This document shows positions 11,634 through 22,041 of a stretch of 64,000 nt of DNA, piece after piece. Positions within the stretch are counted from its first letter, which is position 1; each line of letters begins with the position of its first letter. The notes beneath the pieces were generated by a model. That model did no database searches. It saw nothing but the letters and a program-made list of their open reading frames with translations, and was not told the origin of the DNA. This DNA is from an uncultured delta proteobacterium (GTDB lineage: Bacteria > Desulfobacterota > Desulfobacteria > Desulfobacterales > Desulfosalsimonadaceae): NCBI GenBank assembly GCA_963826785.1, contig CAWGYD010000008.1, forward strand, positions 192,001 to 256,000, in the 5' to 3' direction. Made by a program: the position numbers and the translations under genes.

Positions 11634-12544
11634 AAACCCCGCTCATACTCGAAATCAAGGGAAACTCGCTGGATGATGGACCGGGCATCCGATCGGTGGT
11701 CTTTTTCAAGGGATGTCCCCTCTCCTGCGTCTGGTGCCACAACCCGGAAAGCAAGAAAACGGATGCGGAGATCGGGTTTGAGGAGAAAGAATGCGTGGGG
11801 TGCAATACCTGTATGGAAACCTGTACGGAAAAGGCGCTTTCCCGAAATAACCCTTACTTCGTGGACCGCAGCCGCTGCAGCCTGTGTTTTGCCTGCACGG
11901 ACGCCTGCCCCTCCGGCGCATTGAGCCGCATCGGAAAATCCATGGGCGTCGATGAGATTGCGGCTCAAATCATCCGGGACAAGCCATTCTTCGATACCTC
12001 CGGCGGCGGGGTCACCTTTTCCGGAGGGGAACCCACGCTGTTCATGGAGTTTGCCGGGGAACTGGCCAAAACCCTCAGGCAAAGCCATGTCCGTGTCCTG
12101 CTGGAAACCTGCGGCCTTTTTGATTTCAGCAAATTCAAAGACTATCTTTATCCCTATCTGGATGAGATATACATCGACATCAAGCTGATGGATGACGCGC
12201 TTCACCGGCAGCACTGCGGTGCGGGCAATGCGGTCATCATGGACAATTTCAGAAAAATTCATGCCTTGTCGCAAAACGGCGGCATCCCGGTCACGCCCCG
12301 CACCCCCCTGATTCCCGGGATCACTGACACGACGGAAAACATGTCCGCCATTGCCGAATTCCTGATATCCTGCGGCGCCAAACAGGCCCGGCTGCTTCCC
12401 TATCATCCCCTGTGGCAGGAAAAAAACCGGAAGATCGGCATCGGCAGGACAAAAAATCAAGACCCGGCCATGGACCGCTGGCTGGACAACCAGGTGCTGG
12501 AGCAATGCCGGGCTGTTTTCATGGAAGCCGGGATTAAACTGTAA
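11630..12544 (+). CDS. Glycyl-radical enzyme activating enzyme (radical SAM with 2x[4Fe-4S] insert)
   Basis: DGPGIRSVVFFKGCPLSCVWCHNPE; two CxxCxxCxxxC clusters; GGVTFSGGEP. Confidence 0.95.
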   Translation: MKTPLILEIKGNSLDDGPGIRSVVFFKGCPLSCVWCHNPESKKTDAEIGFEEKECVGCNTCMETCTEKALSRNNPYFVDRSRCSLCFACTDACPSGALSRIGKSMGVDEIAAQIIRDKPFFDTSGGGVTFSGGEPTLFMEFAGELAKTLRQSHVRVLLETCGLFDFSKFKDYLYPYLDEIYIDIKLMDDALHRQHCGAGNAVIMDNFRKIHALSQNGGIPVTPRTPLIPGITDTTENMSAIAEFLISCGAKQARLLPYHPLWQEKNRKIGIGRTKNQDPAMDRWLDNQVLEQCRAVFMEAGIKL

Positions 12545-12550
12545 GGGAGA

Positions 12551-12779
12551 ACACCCCCCTGCGCCCCCCTCAAGGGGGGATTACAATTTCCCATCTCGAG
12601 GGAGGATTAAAGCTACGATTTCCCCTCAAGGGAGGATTAAAGCTGCAATTTCCCCTCTCAAGGGGGGATTAAGCTACAATTCCCCTCTGAATTGGGGGGT
12701 TATGGTACTTACGCAATTCCCACCTCAAATGGGGGCGCACACAAACAATTCCCCCCTTGAGGGGGGTCAGGGGGGTGTT
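12551..12779. repeat. REP-like hairpin array (about 7 units of TTCCCC(C)TC(A/G)AGGG(A/G)GGA) bounded by ACACCCCCCTG / CAGGGGGGTGT inverted ends
   Basis: Direct reading; ~30-bp period. Confidence 0.8.
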
Positions 12780-12844
12780 TGGACACAGAAAAAAAAACAT
12801 TCTTCCATTTTTTTAGAATCATCAACCATCAACGGAGGTGATTT

Positions 12845-15800
12845 ATGCTGCTCAAAACCGATCCCGCAACAAGTGTGACGAACGGCTCCCAAAGCAAGAC
12901 CCTGACCCATCTTTTGACCAAAACCCTGCTGCGGACCATGGCGGCCACCTTCAACCTCCGGCCCGGACTGAAGAAATACCTGAAAACCGATGCCGGCTGG
13001 TTCGACTTCACCGTGGGCATCCGCACGGAGAGCCGCTCGGTGGAGACGGCCATCCGGTTTCGCGGCGGCAAGGTCGGCATCCTTAAAGAACATCCCCGAT
13101 GACTGCGAGGTCTGCCTGATCTTTTCGTCGGACGGCGCCATCCGCAAACTGCTCTCGGCCACCCCCACCGAGCAGATCTTCATGATCATGAGAAGCGAGT
13201 TCCGGACGGTGGGGAACCAGTCCTATATGAACCTGTTTTTCTATTTCCTGTCGCTGCTGCTGCACAAGAAGCAGAAGAAGCTGATGCTAAAAGAGCGCGA
13301 CACGGATCAGAAAAACCTGTTGAAGGCATCGCCGAGCGCCCGGTCCGACCTGAGCAACGAACTCAAGCAGCGAAGCGCCTACCGCATGCAGGCGGAAAGC
13401 ATCGACCCGGGAGTCAGGTTCCTTCAAGACCCGTATCTTTCCGCCTATGCCATCGACGATTTCCCCAGGATCAAGGATTTCCTGGAGATCCATTTCACGG
13501 CCCGGGCCGAAGTCTGCCCGGAGCGGCCGAAGCTGATCACCGAATGGTACAAGAAAAACGGGTTTGAAAAAGACAGCCGCGGCAATGACTGGATTCCCGA
13601 ACTGCGCCAGGGGCATGCCTTCAAGTACCTGATGGAAAACCGCAAACCCATCATCGGGAAGAATGACCTCATCGCGGGCACCACCACCGCAAAGGATATC
13701 GGGGTGGTGGTATACCCGGACAGCCACGGCACCATGATCTGGAACGAACTGCTCACCGTCCCCCACCGGACCTTGAACCCCTATGATCTTTCCGAGGAAA
13801 CCGCCGATTTGCTCCACCGGGAGGTGTTTCCCTTCTTTATCCGCCGCAATTTCAAGGAATGGGTCCGGGACAACTATGATGCCCCGCTCTGCCAGGCCAT
13901 CGACGAACGGTTTGCCGTCTACTTCATCTGGAAGCAGGCGGCCCTGTCCCACACCATTCCCGATTTCCCCAAGATCATGGCCAAAGGTGCATCCGGCATC
14001 ATCGAAGAAATCAAGGGCCATTTGGCCAGACCGGGCCTGGATCCGAAGCAAAAGGCCACCCTGGAAGCCATGGTGCTCTGCCTGGAAGGGCTGATCGCCT
14101 ATGGTCGAAAAACCTGGCCGGGCAGGCGAAAGCCGATGCGGCAAAAGAAACAGACCCCGTGCGCCGGAAAGAACTGGAGCATCTGGCAAAAATCTGCGCG
14201 CAGGTGCCCGAGCACCCGGCCCGCACCCTGGACGAGGCGGTCAACGCCATGTGGATCACCTGGGTGGGGCTGCACATGGAAAACACCAATGCGGGGCTTT
14301 CCCTGGGCCGGCTGGACCAGTGGCTGCAGCCCTATTTCGCCGCGGACATGGAAAAAATCGACGATCCGGGCGAGCGCCAGGCCTTTATCAAGCATGCCAT
14401 TGAAATGGTGGCCTGCTTTTACATGCGCTGCACCGACCACCTGCCGCTGACCCCGGACCTGGCCAACTGGTACTTCGGGGGAAGCTCCTCGGACCAGGCC
14501 ATCACCCTGGGCGGGATCACCCCGGAAGGAAACGACGCGGTCTGCGATATGACCTACATCTTTTTGAAGGTCACGGAGATGCTCTCCATCCGGGACCCCA
14601 ACGTCAATGCCCGCTTCCATCCGGGGATCAACAGCGATGCCTACCTCAAACGCCTGTGCGAGGTCAATCTCATCACCGCGGCCACCCCTTCCCTGCACAA
14701 CGACAAGGCAATCATGGCATCGCTTGCAGAATTCAATTACGCCCCCGAGGACCTGCGCAACTGGTCGGCGACGGGGTGCGTGGAGCCCACCCTGTCAGGC
14801 CGGCACATCGGACATACCAATTTCCAGATGATGAACATGGTGGCGGCCGTGGAAATGGCGCTGCACAACGGCTATCATCCGCCCATGAACTGGAAGCTGG
14901 GGCCGGACACCGGCGAGATCGCAGATTTTGCCACATTCGATGATTTCTTCACCGCTTTTACCGAACAGTTCAAGTTCCTCATCGACCACTCCATCGCATA
15001 CAACAACATGCTGGGCCTTGCCCACCAGTACATCCGGCCCACACCGCTCCTCTCGTCGCTGATCGAGGATTGCATCTCCAAAGGCGCGGACGTGACGCAC
15101 GGCGGCGCACGGTACAACAGCTCCGGGGCGGCCTGCATCGGGCTCGCCGATGTGACCGACTCCATGATGGTGATCAAGAAATTGATTTATGATGAGAAGA
15201 AGATCGATTTTACCCGGCTGAAAAAAGCGGTGGACGAAAATTTCGAAAGCGACCCGGCACTGCATGCCATGGTGACCAAAAAAGTGCCGCTGTTCGGATC
15301 GGGAAGCGAAGAGGCCGTGGCCATGGCCGACCGGATCACCAAATTCGCCCACGACTATTACGGCAGCCACGTAAACTACCGGGGCGGGCCGTACACGGTG
15401 GGGTTCTGGTCCATGTCCAACCACGTCATCTATGGGACCTTGAGCTCCGCCCTCCCCTCGGGCAAGCTCTACGGGAAACCCTTCACCCCCGGACTCACCC
15501 CGGAGCCCCACGCATCGAGCAGCCTGCTGGACAATATCCGGGATGTGGCCCGGCTCAACCCCCAATACATCAACAACAACATCGCCTTTAACGTCAAGGT
15601 GGTCCCCGGCGGCGCCGACACCCGTGAAAACGTCATCGCCCGGATGTTCTCCTACACGAAGACCTTTTTCGACCTGGGGGGCATGCAGATGCAGATGAAC
15701 GTGGTCACCTCCGAGACGTTAAAAGACGCCATGGCCCACCCGGAAAACTACCGCAACCTCCTGGTGCGCATCTCCGGATACAACGCCTATTTCGTGACCT

Positions 15801-15853
15801 TAAACCGCGATCTGCAGATGGAGCTGATCGAGCGGGCGGAATACGGGTTGTAA
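12845..15853 (+). CDS. Glycyl-radical enzyme (PFL-like, eliminase-type motif) with N-terminal SCP2-like extension; frameshifts near 13085 and 14105
   Basis: TGCVEP Cys loop; LLVRISGY Gly loop; SLGRLDQ; ORFs 12845-13102, 12990-14450 and 14159-15853 join to ~1000 aa. Confidence 0.9.
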
Positions 15854-15866
15854 AAGGGGGGAAAAA

Positions 15867-17087
15867 ATGGCCACGCTCGAATGCAACCGCAGGCACTTTC
15901 TGAAACTGACCGGCGCGGCGGCCGCCGCGGCGTTATTGCCGGCCTGCAGCCACAGCATGAAGCGGCTGGAGGGCGAGGCAAACGCCATGCCGTTGATCGA
16001 TGCCCCGCATGCAAGGGCCTCCGGGGCCTGGATCGCCAAAGATGCGGGGGATGCCGAGTCCTATCCGCTCTTCAAGCAGGCCCTCGAGGCGGCAACCGAT
16101 TTTTCCTGGCTCTCTCCGGGCGACCCGGTTTTTGTCAAGATCGCCATCAACTCGGCAAACCCCTATCCGGCCACCACCGACCCCTGGGCGCTTTCCTCCA
16201 CCATCCGGCTTCTTAAGGAAAAAGGGGCCGGCAAGATCATCGTCGGCGACTCCAGCGGGGTCGAATCGGTGCACTGGACCCGGGATAAACAGCGGGGATC
16301 ATCACGCGAGAACTGCGAAAAGGCCGGGCTCCTCAAGGTGATCAACGAAAACGGAGCCGAGGCGGTCTTCTTCGAGGAGGCGGGGTATGATGCCTTCATC
16401 CCCGTCTTGCCCCGGGGCGCCCACCACTGGAAAGAACCGCTCTGGATAACCAGGGCCGTGGCATCGGCCGCGCACATCGTCTACCTCCCCCGGGTCAGCT
16501 CCCATGTGATGGGCGACATCACTTCGGGGATGAAGATCGGCGTCGGGTTTTTGCGGGAAGACAGCCGGCGAATGTTTCATTCCGGCGGGGACGATTTTTA
16601 TGCCATGTACGAGGAGATCAACCACGTCCCGGAAATCGCGGACCGGCTCCGCCTCACCGTTTCCTCGGGGCGGAAAGTGCTGGCCACCTTCGGCCCGGAC
16701 GACGGGCATGTCACCGCCCCCGCGTTCGCCCCGGTGATCGCCTCCGAAGACCTGCTGTCCCATGAAATGGCCGCCTATGCCTGGCTGTGCTACAACCGCG
16801 AGTTTGAAACCTCCTTTTTCGACGCCGGGTTCACCGGCGGCCTGACCAAACGGCGCTCGTTCATCAACCGGGGGTTTGTCTGGTACATCTGGGACGAGGG
16901 CAGTTTCTTCGGCACCCCGGGGATTCCCCTTTATATCGCGGGAAACCTCTACGCCCACCCCTCGATTTTAAACGCGGCAAAGCGTCTGGGCGGCCGGCCT
17001 TCCCGAATCGATTTCGAATCGGTAAACGCCCCGGCAAAAGCATCAGAAATGGCCGCCTACATGCAGCGGCGGATAACGCAGGGTTAA
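15867..17087 (+). CDS. Tat-exported DUF362-family lipoprotein
   Basis: NRRHFLK twin-arginine motif, LPAC lipobox, VFVK...ATTDP...GAGKIIVGDSSG. Confidence 0.7.
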   Translation: MATLECNRRHFLKLTGAAAAAALLPACSHSMKRLEGEANAMPLIDAPHARASGAWIAKDAGDAESYPLFKQALEAATDFSWLSPGDPVFVKIAINSANPYPATTDPWALSSTIRLLKEKGAGKIIVGDSSGVESVHWTRDKQRGSSRENCEKAGLLKVINENGAEAVFFEEAGYDAFIPVLPRGAHHWKEPLWITRAVASAAHIVYLPRVSSHVMGDITSGMKIGVGFLREDSRRMFHSGGDDFYAMYEEINHVPEIADRLRLTVSSGRKVLATFGPDDGHVTAPAFAPVIASEDLLSHEMAAYAWLCYNREFETSFFDAGFTGGLTKRRSFINRGFVWYIWDEGSFFGTPGIPLYIAGNLYAHPSILNAAKRLGGRPSRIDFESVNAPAKASEMAAYMQRRITQG

Positions 17088-17104
17088 AGTCGGAATCACC
17101 GCTT

Positions 17105-17217
17105 CAAGTCCCCCTTTTCAAAGCCACGCTCTTTGTAAGCCTGCCTCGGGTATCTGAAAATCGCGACAATCGCTTTAAAGTCCCCCTTTTTTTCAAAGGG
17201 GGATTTAGGGGGATTTA
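17105..17217. repeat. REP-like element AAAGTCCCCCTTT..AAAGGGGGATTTAGGGGGATTT (same family as 10761-10798)
   Basis: Near-identical motif at 10761-10798 and 17177-17217. Confidence 0.7.
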
Positions 17218-17229
17218 AAATGGTAATTA

Positions 17230-19117
17230 GTGTTTGAACGAAAACAATTTTAATCAATAAAAAGCGATGGCTATATATTTAGTATGGTATCAAGAATTTT
17301 AAAAAAATTGTCACTTATTCGATTTTTTCACTTGATTTTTATCTTGTACTAATTGTATAATATCCTGAATTTTTTATTTAAAATCTTATAATCCGGAATC
17401 CGGTGAAACGCTTCCAATCAAAAATCTTCAGGAAAAAATATGCGAAGAGTTATCGACCCCCAAATGAAAATCGGTGAAAAAGCAATCGCCAGCATCAAAT
17501 TTGATCTCCGCTGCCGGGACGAAATCCCCAAACTGCTTCGCGGGTTGCAGGCCATATACTGCAACCGGGAACTGCGCGAAAAGGTCTTCGCCGTTCTCAC
17601 TGAGATCATCCCGGATCATATCGATCCCAACAATGGCCGCAAGGGCATGGATCTGTGGAAAATATTCGTCCTGGGCACCCTGCGGCTCAACTGCGACTGG
17701 GATCATGATAAACTCCATGACATCGCCAATAATCACAAAACACTCCGGCAGATGCTCGGCCATGGCACAATGGATGCCGATTATCAGTATTCACTGCAAA
17801 CCCTCAAGGAGAATATCTCCTTGTTTACACCGGAGGTGTTGGACAAAATCAATCAGCTCGTTGTCCAGTACGGTCATCAGTTGGCCGGTAAAAAAAAAGA
17901 TCGAAAATTGGCCGGAAGCTGTGATTCTTTCGTCGTTGAAACCGATGTTCATTATCCAACTGATATTAATCTACTTTTTGATGCCATGCGAAAAATGATC
18001 ACGCTGATCATGCGTATCTGCGAACATATGGAGATTACTGATTGGCGCCAGGGCGAACACCATATTCGTAAAGCAAAAAAATTGTATCGAAAAGCCCAAC
18101 GGTTAAAACACTCCTCATCAAAAGATAAGACCAAAAAGGCCGAAAGGGCACAACTGATCATTGATGCTCACAATGAGTACATCAATCTGGCCCGCTTTTA
18201 TGTTGATAAAATTAGGCAATCGTTCACTTTATTGCTGACATCCAATATCCTCACCCAAATGAAAATAGCTGAAGTAAAAGATTATATGGTTCATGCCGAA
18301 AGGCAGATCGATCAGATCTGCAGAAGAGTTGTTCAAGGCGAAACGATCCCCCATCACGAAAAGGTGTTCTCACTCTTTGAGCAACACACCGAATGGATCA
18401 GCAAAGGCAAAGCCGGTGTTCCGGTGGAACTCGGTTTAAAGGTTTGCATTGTCAAAGATCAATACAATTTCATTTTGCATCATCATGTGATGCAAAATGA
18501 AACCGACGACAAAATCGTCGTTTCCATTATCAAAGAAACGCAGCGCAGATTTGCCGATTTTAAAAATTGCAGTTTCGACAAAGGTTTTCATAGCCCAAAC
18601 AATCAGAAAGAATTGGCAATTCTGCTGGACAGAGCCGTGCTTCCCAGAAAGGGGAGGCTTTCGGCTATTAATAAAGAAATCGAGAACTCCGAAGAATTTA
18701 AAAAAGCGAAAAGAAAGCATTCGGCAGTTGAATCCTCGATCAATGCACTGGGCAATCACGGACTGGACAGGTGCCGGGACCATGGCATTGAAGGTTTCAA
18801 ACGCTATGTCGCCTTGGCCGTTGTAGCACGCAATATTCAGCTCATCGGTCATATGTTACAACAAAAAGAAGTCACTCGGTTGCGCCGCCAGGAAAAGAGA
18901 GAACGAAAAGCAGCTTAAACAAGCGATATTTGAGGCACCGGCAGGATACCTGCGTTCAAAAATAAGAAATGGGCCGAAAATCATAGCTTTTTGCGATATT
19001 GAAAATAGTTTTGACCAATGCCGCTTGGATCTCATGCTGAATTTCCCCTAGCCGGCACAAAAATCCGGCGAAATTTTCTGCCGGAAAAATTAAAAATCCG
19101 GGTTTTCGTTCGGGCAC
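17230..19117 (+). mobile_element. Insertion sequence (ISNCY/IS5-like DDE) with 16-bp imperfect TIRs and probable 6-bp TSD TAATTA
   Basis: GTGTTTGAACGAAAAC vs reverse complement of right end GTGCCCGAACGAAAAC; TAATTA at 17224-17229 and 19118-19123 (palindromic, so it could instead be part of the TIR). Confidence 0.85.
17440..18918 (+). CDS. DDE transposase (ISNCY-like)
   Basis: DSFVVETDVHYPTD, SFDKGF, RKHSAVESSIN; intact 492-aa ORF. Confidence 0.9.
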   Translation: MRRVIDPQMKIGEKAIASIKFDLRCRDEIPKLLRGLQAIYCNRELREKVFAVLTEIIPDHIDPNNGRKGMDLWKIFVLGTLRLNCDWDHDKLHDIANNHKTLRQMLGHGTMDADYQYSLQTLKENISLFTPEVLDKINQLVVQYGHQLAGKKKDRKLAGSCDSFVVETDVHYPTDINLLFDAMRKMITLIMRICEHMEITDWRQGEHHIRKAKKLYRKAQRLKHSSSKDKTKKAERAQLIIDAHNEYINLARFYVDKIRQSFTLLLTSNILTQMKIAEVKDYMVHAERQIDQICRRVVQGETIPHHEKVFSLFEQHTEWISKGKAGVPVELGLKVCIVKDQYNFILHHHVMQNETDDKIVVSIIKETQRRFADFKNCSFDKGFHSPNNQKELAILLDRAVLPRKGRLSAINKEIENSEEFKKAKRKHSAVESSINALGNHGLDRCRDHGIEGFKRYVALAVVARNIQLIGHMLQQKEVTRLRRQEKRERKAA

Positions 19118-19136
19118 TAATTAAAATCCCTGATGT

Positions 19137-19754
19137 TTATCCGCCCATACGAATAAGCCCCACATATTTCCCCACGATCCTGACCTTCTTCCGCCCCCCG
19201 CCCTTCAATATGATCGGCGGGTAATCCTTGTTCGCCGAGTGCAGTTCAAGGACGCCCTTTTTCCGGCGGATTATTTTCAGCGTCGCCTCGGGCAGCATTT
19301 CATCCACAATGACTGCAGCAATGGCGCCGTTATCCACATCATCACGCGGTGCGATCACCGCCAGATCGCCCTCCTGGATATGCGCTTCGATCATGGAATC
19401 GCCAACCACCCGCACGGCAAAACAGGCCTCGTGGCCGTACAAAGCGGGATCAATGGGAAGATAAGCTTCAACATGATCAAAGACGCCGATGGGCGTTCCC
19501 GCTGCGATGCGCCCGGCCAGGGGAATGCATTTCGACTCCACAGCAACGGCTGTCGGCCGCCATGACCGTTTTTTACCGCGAATAGATTCAATAAACCCCT
19601 TCTCAATCAACACATGCAAGATCCGGTGCACCCCCGCGGGCCCCTTGAGCTCAAAATGCTCGCAGATCTCCCGCACGGTCGGGGCCATGCCGGTTTCCTG
19701 GTGGTGATGGAGAATGTATTCATATACACTCAACTGTCTGTCGGTTAATTTCAT
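19137..19754 (-). CDS. lexA: LexA repressor
   Basis: LTDRQ...PTVREIC wHTH; IAAG cleavage site; GDSM serine; ATLK lysine. Confidence 0.93.
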   Translation of the reverse strand: MKLTDRQLSVYEYILHHHQETGMAPTVREICEHFELKGPAGVHRILHVLIEKGFIESIRGKKRSWRPTAVAVESKCIPLAGRIAAGTPIGVFDHVEAYLPIDPALYGHEACFAVRVVGDSMIEAHIQEGDLAVIAPRDDVDNGAIAAVIVDEMLPEATLKIIRRKKGVLELHSANKDYPPIILKGGGRKKVRIVGKYVGLIRMGG

Positions 19755-20203
19755 GAGATGCCTTTTACTCTCAGGCGCACACATTCCATGACCCGCAGCC
19801 CGGCCCCATACATGAGCTGCCCCATCAGCCAGCTCCTGCCGTCGAGTTGATTTAGAATTTCCCGGACTTCCGGTTTTGAATATACGACCGGCAGCCTTCT
19901 GGGCTTTTTCGCGCGGACCACGTCCTCTATCAGATTAAATTCCTGCTTCAACACTTCCCGGTACAAAAACAGCAGTGCATTGAAAGCCTGATTTTGCGTT
20001 GAGGCGGCAACTTTTCGATTTACCGCCAAATCAGTCAGAAATTGACTGATTTCCTTTTCGCCCATTTCTTTTGGGTGACGTTTATCATGATACAGAATAT
20101 ACCGCCTTATCCATCCGACATAGGTTTCCTCTGTTCTGATACTGTAGTGCTTCAAGCGAATGCGATTGCGTACCTGATCCAGAAGTTTTGGCGAATTTGA
20201 CAT
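19751..20203 (-). pseudogene. intI: Integron integrase, N-terminal 150 aa only
   Basis: KLLDQVR..IRLKHYSIRTEETYVGWI, ASTQNQAFNALLFLY, YGAGLRVMECVRLRVK, then stop; lacks the HxxR and catalytic Tyr region. Confidence 0.9.
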
Positions 20204-20261
20204 AAAATACCTCTTTTGATGGATAAGTATAAGTGATATGATCAAACCAAAAATCAAAAAG

Positions 20262-20275
20262 TGAACATTTGTTCA
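20262..20275. promoter_or_regulatory. Putative LexA (SOS) box GAAC-N4-GTTC upstream of intI
   Basis: Inverted repeat TGAACA-TT-TGTTCA, 59 bp upstream of the intI ATG. Confidence 0.55.
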
Positions 20276-20404
20276 TATGGCTTATAAGGTATCATATTGA
20301 AAAATGTGATATCAAGAACTTTTTCTTCATATAACCACTCTGAGGGGTGATATTGACCCAATTCGCTCGATATGAAGATTTCGTAAGCAAATTGGCTGTA
20401 AAAT

Positions 20405-20439
20405 AAAACAGCGATTAGTACATATATTTCTTGTTAGGG
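20405..20439 (+). other. Probable attI site (core GTTAGGG at 20433)
   Basis: Divergent from intI; GTTAGGGC is complementary to GCCCTAAC at the end of cassette 1. Confidence 0.6.
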
Positions 20440-20458
20440 CTCAACGTTAAAAGAATCA

Positions 20459-20833
20459 ACGTGTCAGAAATGCAAAGCAGCTCTGTTCGAAGACAACGCC
20501 GAGATTCGTCAGCCTTGTCCTGTTTGTGACTGTATGACCCGCTCCTCTGTTGAATCGCTGCACGATACGATTGTGGCTCTTGACCATATGCGCATGAAAG
20601 GAAGGCACGCTGATAATAAACGCCCCTATTTTGATGCTCGTACTGGCGCCAGCTATTACCGCAAGGACGGTGAATGCCATCTTTACCGACTTATCGACCG
20701 TGATAATGATCGTTACGTCGAGACGATAAAGCGCCTGAGCACTGGAGAAATCATTTATCACGTAGATGAACCGCTTTCAAAACACATCGGCCACGGCAGC
20801 GCGAAATCCTTAAACGAGTCGGTGGAGCCCTAA
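20459..20833 (+). CDS. Cassette 1: CxxC/CPxC zinc-ribbon hypothetical protein; frame extends upstream of ATG 20534 without a start codon
   Basis: In-frame TCQKCK...CPVCDC precedes ORF 20534-20833; stop lies inside attC R''. Confidence 0.55.
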   Translation, partial: TCQKCKAALFEDNAEIRQPCPVCDCMTRSSVESLHDTIVALDHMRMKGRHADNKRPYFDARTGASYYRKDGECHLYRLIDRDNDRYVETIKRLSTGEIIYHVDEPLSKHIGHGSAKSLNESVEP

Positions 20834-20955
20834 CCAGAAAGCTCAAGGGGCAGCCAGGGCAGTCGGGTTTTGAAAATTTGGGGGAAATTGAACATTAACC
20901 ATCTTTAAGACAAGTCAGTGGAAGCCCTGGCCCCCATTGGCTGCCGCCGTTAGCA
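20828..20955 (+). other. attC site 1
   Basis: CCCTAAC...GTTAGCA with internal stem GGGGCAGCCAGGGC / GCCCTGGCCCCC. Confidence 0.75.
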
Positions 20956-21035
20956 AAGGTCTTTTCGGGTGCGCCCACAATTTGGCGTGAAAAGCAAGTT
21001 CCTATTGATTTGTTGGACTTCAAAAATCGGAGTAA

Positions 21036-21860
21036 ATGATGAAGTGTCCATTTTGTGCAGAAGAGATAAAAGACGAAGCAATAAAATGCAAACATTGCGG
21101 TGAGTGGTTAGAGGCCAAAGGCGCTCCACAGCAATCAAGGGCTTTTACAGACAGTTCAGTCCAAAATAAACCCCCAGTATTTGAAAAATCAATGAGATAT
21201 GGCGGCAATTCACAGCCTTTGTAGATATTGGCGAAACAATTGAGCAATCGGCAAACCTCCCAGAGAAGTATCTTCCTGAAGAGGTTTTTAAAAAAGAAAA
21301 AATCAATATACCAGACATAATGGAAGCCAAAATGCTCAAGACTAAAAACGGATGGATCCTGCTATACTCAAATCTTCTTTTTAAAGGTTGGGGTTTCTAC
21401 GATATGGTATTTACAAATAATAGAATCGTTTTAGTTGCAACAACACCACGAGAAAAGTTTAATAGTCCATCTGCTGGTATATTTGGCCTCTTTGGGATTA
21501 CGTTATCGGCGGCATTCAAGAAATACCAATAACTAACAAAGGATAAAAAAATTGATCTAAATATTATTGATCAGTTAATTGAAAATAGAGCAGCTATTTA
21601 TATAGAAGTTGACAACATTAAAAAAATGATTATTGCATAAGAAAATTTCTTTTGCGGAAGATTTTTTCGGCGAAAAGCATTTAGAGTGATTATTTCGGGC
21701 AATTTTAACTACAACAAAACGATTCGAATTGGTTTCCTCTGTTTTTTTTCAGAAGGCAACAAGATTAACGAAAGGAAAAAAATGATAGATCAAAATATTA
21801 ACTTCCAGACTATCTTGCGTCAGAGAAAGTGGATGCTGTTTCTGATATTGGAGATACTTT
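21036..21860 (+). pseudogene. Cassette 2: degraded gene(s) starting with a double zinc ribbon
   Basis: MKCPFCAEEIKDEAIKCKHCGEWL followed by multiple stops; AT-rich. Confidence 0.55.
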
Positions 21861-21949
21861 AGCAAAGTTTTAGCGGTTTATGTGAAGAGAACTAATCTTA
21901 TATTAAGAAATTGAGAAAAATAGGTGACCCCATTCACGGAAATGATTAT

Positions 21950-22021
21950 GCCTAAGCAAATGCACACGGACGCCGGACTCCGCTGCGCTCCGTTTGCTGC
22001 CGGTGATTTGCAACGTTAGGG
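21950..22021 (+). other. attC site 2 (R'' degenerate)
   Basis: GCCTAAGCAAATGCAC...GTGATTTGCAACGTTAGGG; similar to attC 5. Confidence 0.7.
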
Positions 22022-22041
22022 ATCGAGAGAAAGGACATGAC

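Noticed and set aside
12845..15853. Pyruvate formate-lyase or alkyl/benzylsuccinate synthase call for the GRE
   Set aside because: No Cys-Cys pair (PFL) and no small-subunit genes; the GCVEP loop fits the eliminase-type GREs better
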